Assembly (NCBI GenBank): GCA_947373115.1
Contig: CANBWJ010000128.1
Location: 1-61,008 of the forward strand
Source of the DNA: Opitutia bacterium
GTDB lineage: Bacteria; Verrucomicrobiota; Verrucomicrobiia; Opitutales; UBA953
DNA: 61,008 bases
Direction: 5' to 3'
Below, piece by piece: positions 57,561 to 61,008 of the stretch. The position numbers and the translations under genes were made by a program. The notes under the pieces were generated by a model. That model had not been told where the DNA came from and searched no databases. It was given only the letters and a program-made list of their open reading frames with translations. Each line of letters opens with the position of its first letter. The stretch's first letter is position 1.

Positions 57561-59855
57561 TCACTGCTCCGTCAGCGGCTGCTCGTTGCCCTCAAGGCGC
57601 TGGATCATATCAGGCGCGATCAGGCTCTGCATGATCGGGAGCCCCTGCGGGTTCTTCGCCATGTCCTCGGCCAGCCGCACCGCCGCCAGACGCTCGCGGC
57701 TCTCGCGGTCGCGCTTGCGGTTCATGGCGTCCATCATAGAGTCCTGTTGCTTCTCCTGAAGCTCCTGCTCCTTGATCTTCAGCTCGGCCATCTTGATCTG
57801 GTCCTCGATGCTCGGGGGAGCATTGGGGTCAGCCTGCGGCTTGTCGCCCTGCGCCTTGGCCATAGCCTCGGCGGCCTTGACCTTGACCATCTCGGTCTTG
57901 GCGTCGGCCTCCTGCTTCTTGATGCCGACCATCGCCTTGGCGTACTCGACCTCTGGCGGGGGCTTGGCGGACAGGGACGCCGGGGGCACCATGAACTGTT
58001 GCGGGTTCGACCAGCCCATCGCCTGCAAGGCTGCGGTGTCGATGGCGATGGGGTCGTACAGACTGGGGTTGCCCTGCTGAAGCTGCTTCAGGCCCATGAT
58101 CTTCATCATGCGCTGCGCCTGAGAGGCCGTGTTCGGGTCGGCCTGCGGCGTCAGCTCGCAGTCACTGAGCGCGGCCAAGAAGGTCTGCTCGTCCCACTGG
58201 TAGGCGGGCTTGCGGTTGCGCTGCCAGAAGCTCTCGGGATGCTCTTGGAAGCACCGCACCAGAAGGCGGAACTCCTCGGCCTGCGCCGAGTGCATCCGCT
58301 TGTGGACGGCGTTCAGGACCTTGGTGGCTTGGTCGATCATGGCCAGCGTCGTGCCGACCGGGGCGTCTGCCCGGCCCTCGCCGACCTGCATCTCGCTTGT
58401 GCCGCCGACGCGCATGCCCGTCTCGGCCATGTTGGCGACGAGGCCCATGAGCGCCTGACCGGGCTCCTTGTAGGGGAGCGCCATGATGGCGTCCTTGATC
58501 GGGGCGCCGCCGGTCTTGATCAGGGCCCCGCCGCCGGGCGGGACGCGGAAGATGTTGGTGTTCTGGCGCCCGCCAGCGTCCGAGTAAAGGAAGCCGGGGA
58601 AGTTCGCATACATGCCCGCATCGAGCATCTCGCGCCACGCCGCCGTGATGGCGTTGGTGGTGTTGCCGAGGATGTGGAGCAGGCCGATGTCGTAAAAGCC
58701 GAGGCCCGGCACGAACGTGTACTTCACGAAGTTTGTTCGCGCCTCGGGGAGGTCGGCGTCATCTTCGTCAAAGTTGCGGACGATGGAAAGAATTTCGCGG
58801 GAGGACAGGTCGATGGTGACGCGGTAGGGCACCTCAAGGCCTGACACCTTGCCCTTGTACTTGTGTTCGAAGCCGGGGATGTCCAGCTCGCAGTAGCACT
58901 CGTATATTTCGCGGTCGCGGTCCTCGGGGCGGAAGCTGCCCGCCGAGATCCCCTGCACCGAACGCTCCTCGCGCTGGGCGGAGTCGAGGTCCTGCTCCTT
59001 GGCCATCGGCAGGTCAACGTCGCGGTAGACCCCGAGGATCTGGAGGCGCTTGACGGTCGATGACCGCATCATCGAGCGGTGCGTGATGCGCTTGGCGTTG
59101 CTCAGGTCGGTCGCGGCGTTGTTGACGATCAGGTCGTCGGCATCGACGCTCTCGGACACCGGGCGCCCGCGCAGGGGGCAGAAGTAGACCTTCTTGAAGC
59201 TGGTGCCGCCGAAGCCGAGCATGAGCAGCATGCGGTCGGTGTCGGGGTAATACTCGGCGGCGGTCGTCGTCAGGTAGTGGTTGAGGTCCGTCTCCAGCGC
59301 GTCGGCGAGGCGGTCCTCCTGAAGGCTTCCGTTGTTGTTGTCGTCCCGGACCTTGACCGGGCCATCGGTCGGGAGCAGCTCGGAGCGGGCGTTGGCCTGA
59401 AAGCGCAGGACGGCCTCGAGCAGGAGCGGGTGCCGAACTTTTGACATCCCCTCGACCGGGGCGCCGTCAGCCGAGCCACCGAGGCCGGGGATCTCCAGCT
59501 TCAGGCCGAGCAGCTTGATGCCGGTCGCGCGGCCCTCAATCCACTCCTTGCGGCTCTCGATGTCGTCGGAGATGCCGCGCAGGAGGTCGTCGGCGATCTG
59601 GCCGAGCGCGCCTTGGTCGATGTCCTCGACGAGGTTGTCGAACCAGCCGCCGGGCTTGCGGGAGGTTTCGCCGAACAAGCTCTTGCCGTCGATGCTGATC
59701 TCGACCGAGCCGTCTTCATGCTCGATGCGAAGGACGGGCTCGTCGCTTTCGTCGGCGCCGACCATCTCTTCGGCCTCGGTAATGGCCACGTCAGGCATCC
59801 GCGTCTCCAATCCGGGGAGGCGGATGTTCGGGTTTACGAGGCCGGGCAGCGGCAT
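57561..59855 (-). CDS. Portal protein
   Basis: 764 aa, located between terL and the large head-associated protein. Overall pattern resembles large podovirus portals (position plus recall). Confidence 0.65.
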   Translation of the reverse strand: MPLPGLVNPNIRLPGLETRMPDVAITEAEEMVGADESDEPVLRIEHEDGSVEISIDGKSLFGETSRKPGGWFDNLVEDIDQGALGQIADDLLRGISDDIESRKEWIEGRATGIKLLGLKLEIPGLGGSADGAPVEGMSKVRHPLLLEAVLRFQANARSELLPTDGPVKVRDDNNNGSLQEDRLADALETDLNHYLTTTAAEYYPDTDRMLLMLGFGGTSFKKVYFCPLRGRPVSESVDADDLIVNNAATDLSNAKRITHRSMMRSSTVKRLQILGVYRDVDLPMAKEQDLDSAQREERSVQGISAGSFRPEDRDREIYECYCELDIPGFEHKYKGKVSGLEVPYRVTIDLSSREILSIVRNFDEDDADLPEARTNFVKYTFVPGLGFYDIGLLHILGNTTNAITAAWREMLDAGMYANFPGFLYSDAGGRQNTNIFRVPPGGGALIKTGGAPIKDAIMALPYKEPGQALMGLVANMAETGMRVGGTSEMQVGEGRADAPVGTTLAMIDQATKVLNAVHKRMHSAQAEEFRLLVRCFQEHPESFWQRNRKPAYQWDEQTFLAALSDCELTPQADPNTASQAQRMMKIMGLKQLQQGNPSLYDPIAIDTAALQAMGWSNPQQFMVPPASLSAKPPPEVEYAKAMVGIKKQEADAKTEMVKVKAAEAMAKAQGDKPQADPNAPPSIEDQIKMAELKIKEQELQEKQQDSMMDAMNRKRDRESRERLAAVRLAEDMAKNPQGLPIMQSLIAPDMIQRLEGNEQPLTEQ

Positions 59856-59857
59856 GT

Positions 59858-60064
59858 TCAGCCCTCTTTGGACAGCATCAGCTCGATCTCATCGACAAAG
59901 CGGCGGAGACCTTCTTGCGCGGCAAGTGTATCAGACGTGGCGTCTATCGTATAGACGCGCACATAATCGTGGGGCTCGTCGCCCCAGACCTCCACCCGGA
60001 AGCTGCCCATGCCGATGGCGGTGGGCTCACGAAGGGCATCGACGATGGCGCGGGCGGGGATCAT
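59858..60064 (-). CDS. Hypothetical protein (68 aa) between terL and portal
   Basis: Track ORF 59858..60064. Confidence 0.5.
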   Translation of the reverse strand: MIPARAIVDALREPTAIGMGSFRVEVWGDEPHDYVRVYTIDATSDTLAAQEGLRRFVDEIELMLSKEG

Positions 60065-60072
60065 GGCGGGCC

Positions 60073-61008
60073 TCAGATTGGGTAAAGGGCGGATGGGGCG
60101 GCGCCGACATGGCGGCGCCCGGCGTCGATCTCAGCCATACGCTCAGGCGCTCGGACGAGCAAGCCCGCCTCGCGCAGGTGGCGCAGGGCTTGGCTGACGG
60201 TGTCCACCAGATCGTCGTTCTTCCCCTTCGGGAAGACCTCGCACTGCTGGATGACCTTGTCTGCCCAGCTCCTGTCGGGGGCGTAGATGATCCCCTCGCT
60301 GAACAGGTGCTGGATTGAGTAGACCCGCGCCAGCTTGTCGAGCGACTTGGGGTCGATGATCTGGACGGCCCAGTCCTCGTTCCCGTGCAGGCGCCGGATC
60401 TCCTGCGCGACGGACAGGCCGGAGGCCTTGCCCTCGACGAGGAGCCTGTCCACCTTCCACTTGCGGCAGGACGCGGCCACCTTAGCGACGAGGTCGGACA
60501 GCTCCAGCTTCTCCTGCCACGCGGCGATCAGCATCACGCGCGGGACGCTCTCGGGATTGTACTCCAGCATGTCGCGGATGCGGACGCCCTCGTCGAAGCG
60601 GGCGGCCTCCTCGGCGTTGTTCTTCCTCGACCCGCGCGCGTTGACGAAGGCGTCGGCCCGCATGGTCGAGATGTCGCCCGAGAAGACGCCCCATATCGTG
60701 CAGGCCGAGTAATCGTTCTCCTGCTTGGCCGTATATGCTGTGTCCAAGCTGGCGAGGATGAAGTCGAAGGGCGGGAAGGCCTCCTCCATCCATGTCTCCC
60801 ACCACTGGGCCTTGAGGACGCCTCCGCCTCGGGGCGCCGGTTCCTGCTGGAACTGGCCCGCCGTGGCGTAGGGGCCCATGACGCGGCTGTCGCGCTCGAC
60901 GACCTCCTCGGGGAAGCGGGCGGGGAACAGAAGCTCGCCGTCGCTCTGGCGCGGGTCCTCGATGCCGAGCATCGTGGGCCGGGCCCGGAGAGGGTCGTAC
61001 TTCATCGG
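60073..61008 (-). CDS. terL: Terminase large subunit, C-terminal (nuclease) fragment; gene enters from right edge of window
   Basis: ...GELLFPARFPEEVVERDSRVMGPYATAGQFQQEPAPRGGGVLKAQWW...FILASLDTAYTAKQENDYSACTIWGV...WAVQIIDPKSLDKLARVYS...CEVFPKGKNDDLVDTVSQAL is the typical RNaseH-like terminase nuclease domain. The frame stays open to the window edge. Confidence 0.8.
   Translation of the reverse strand, partial: PMKYDPLRARPTMLGIEDPRQSDGELLFPARFPEEVVERDSRVMGPYATAGQFQQEPAPRGGGVLKAQWWETWMEEAFPPFDFILASLDTAYTAKQENDYSACTIWGVFSGDISTMRADAFVNARGSRKNNAEEAARFDEGVRIRDMLEYNPESVPRVMLIAAWQEKLELSDLVAKVAASCRKWKVDRLLVEGKASGLSVAQEIRRLHGNEDWAVQIIDPKSLDKLARVYSIQHLFSEGIIYAPDRSWADKVIQQCEVFPKGKNDDLVDTVSQALRHLREAGLLVRAPERMAEIDAGRRHVGAAPSALYPI

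Noticed and set aside
57558-58844. Long plus-strand ORFs in the track opposite the virion genes (e.g. 57558..58844, 51389..52627, 47403..48344, 49835..50710, 24498..25466, 23012..24088, 27087..28085, 45125..46012).
   Set aside because: They lie antisense to genes with recognisable products (portal, capsid, scaffold, SLT protein). They have Arg/Gly/Ala/Leu-rich shadow composition and no RBS or coupling signals. This is typical GC-rich stop-codon depletion.
1-61008. Lysogeny functions (integrase, CI repressor, attP, partition genes) and phage DNA/RNA polymerases or prohead protease.
   Set aside because: I searched the translated ORFs by eye for the usual motifs (tyrosine/serine recombinase, LexA-like, ParA Walker box, Pol A/B motifs) and found none. 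Absence cannot be proven without profile searches, so no lifestyle call is made.

Overview
GC-rich 61-kb window that is essentially one near-complete, circularly permuted genome of a tailed dsDNA phage. It looks podovirus-like: I recognise no tape-measure, tail-tube or sheath gene. The host is probably an alphaproteobacterium, because the phage carries a GcrA-like gene. Both window ends lie inside the same minus-strand terminase large-subunit gene.

Layout:
- 1-1409 (-): start of terL, two small genes and terS.
- 1609-4253 (+): small early genes driven by two sigma70-like promoters, each preceded by an identical 18-nt element containing a perfect DnaA box.
- 4325-13028 (-): replication/early block. 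It holds an iteron plus AT-rich origin-like region (5860-6063), a tandem array of paralogous small genes with a conserved overlapping stop/start junction, a C5 DNA methyltransferase whose +1 frame also reads methyltransferase-like motifs, a GIY-YIG protein, a Prim-Pol/helicase, RuvC and a Cro-like gene.
- 13029-13159: divergent control region with inverted GACATTTTGTC sites.
- 13160-19559 (+): middle block with a PD-(D/E)XK nuclease, an SSB-like protein, HTH proteins, a secreted transglycosylase, a DnaA-domain-IV-only protein and a GcrA-C-terminal-only protein.
- 19552-61008 (-): roughly 41-kb virion/lysis block. It holds two 2OG-Fe(II) oxygenases, Gly-rich fibres, large ejection-type proteins (one with an SLT domain), a GNAT, tail proteins, an embedded lysis cassette (holin, GH24 lysozyme with a C-terminal TM segment, overlapping spanins), a 1639-aa fibre, capsid genes, a GroES-like gene, very basic proteins, a 1325-aa protein, the portal and the terL C-terminus.

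I recognise no tRNA, CRISPR array, integrase, CI-type repressor, DNA polymerase, RNA polymerase or prohead protease. Many long ORFs in the six-frame track are GC-driven shadow ORFs antisense to, or out of frame with, the real genes. Several real starts are internal to the track ORFs. They were chosen from RBS motifs and from ATGA/GTGA-type translational coupling.
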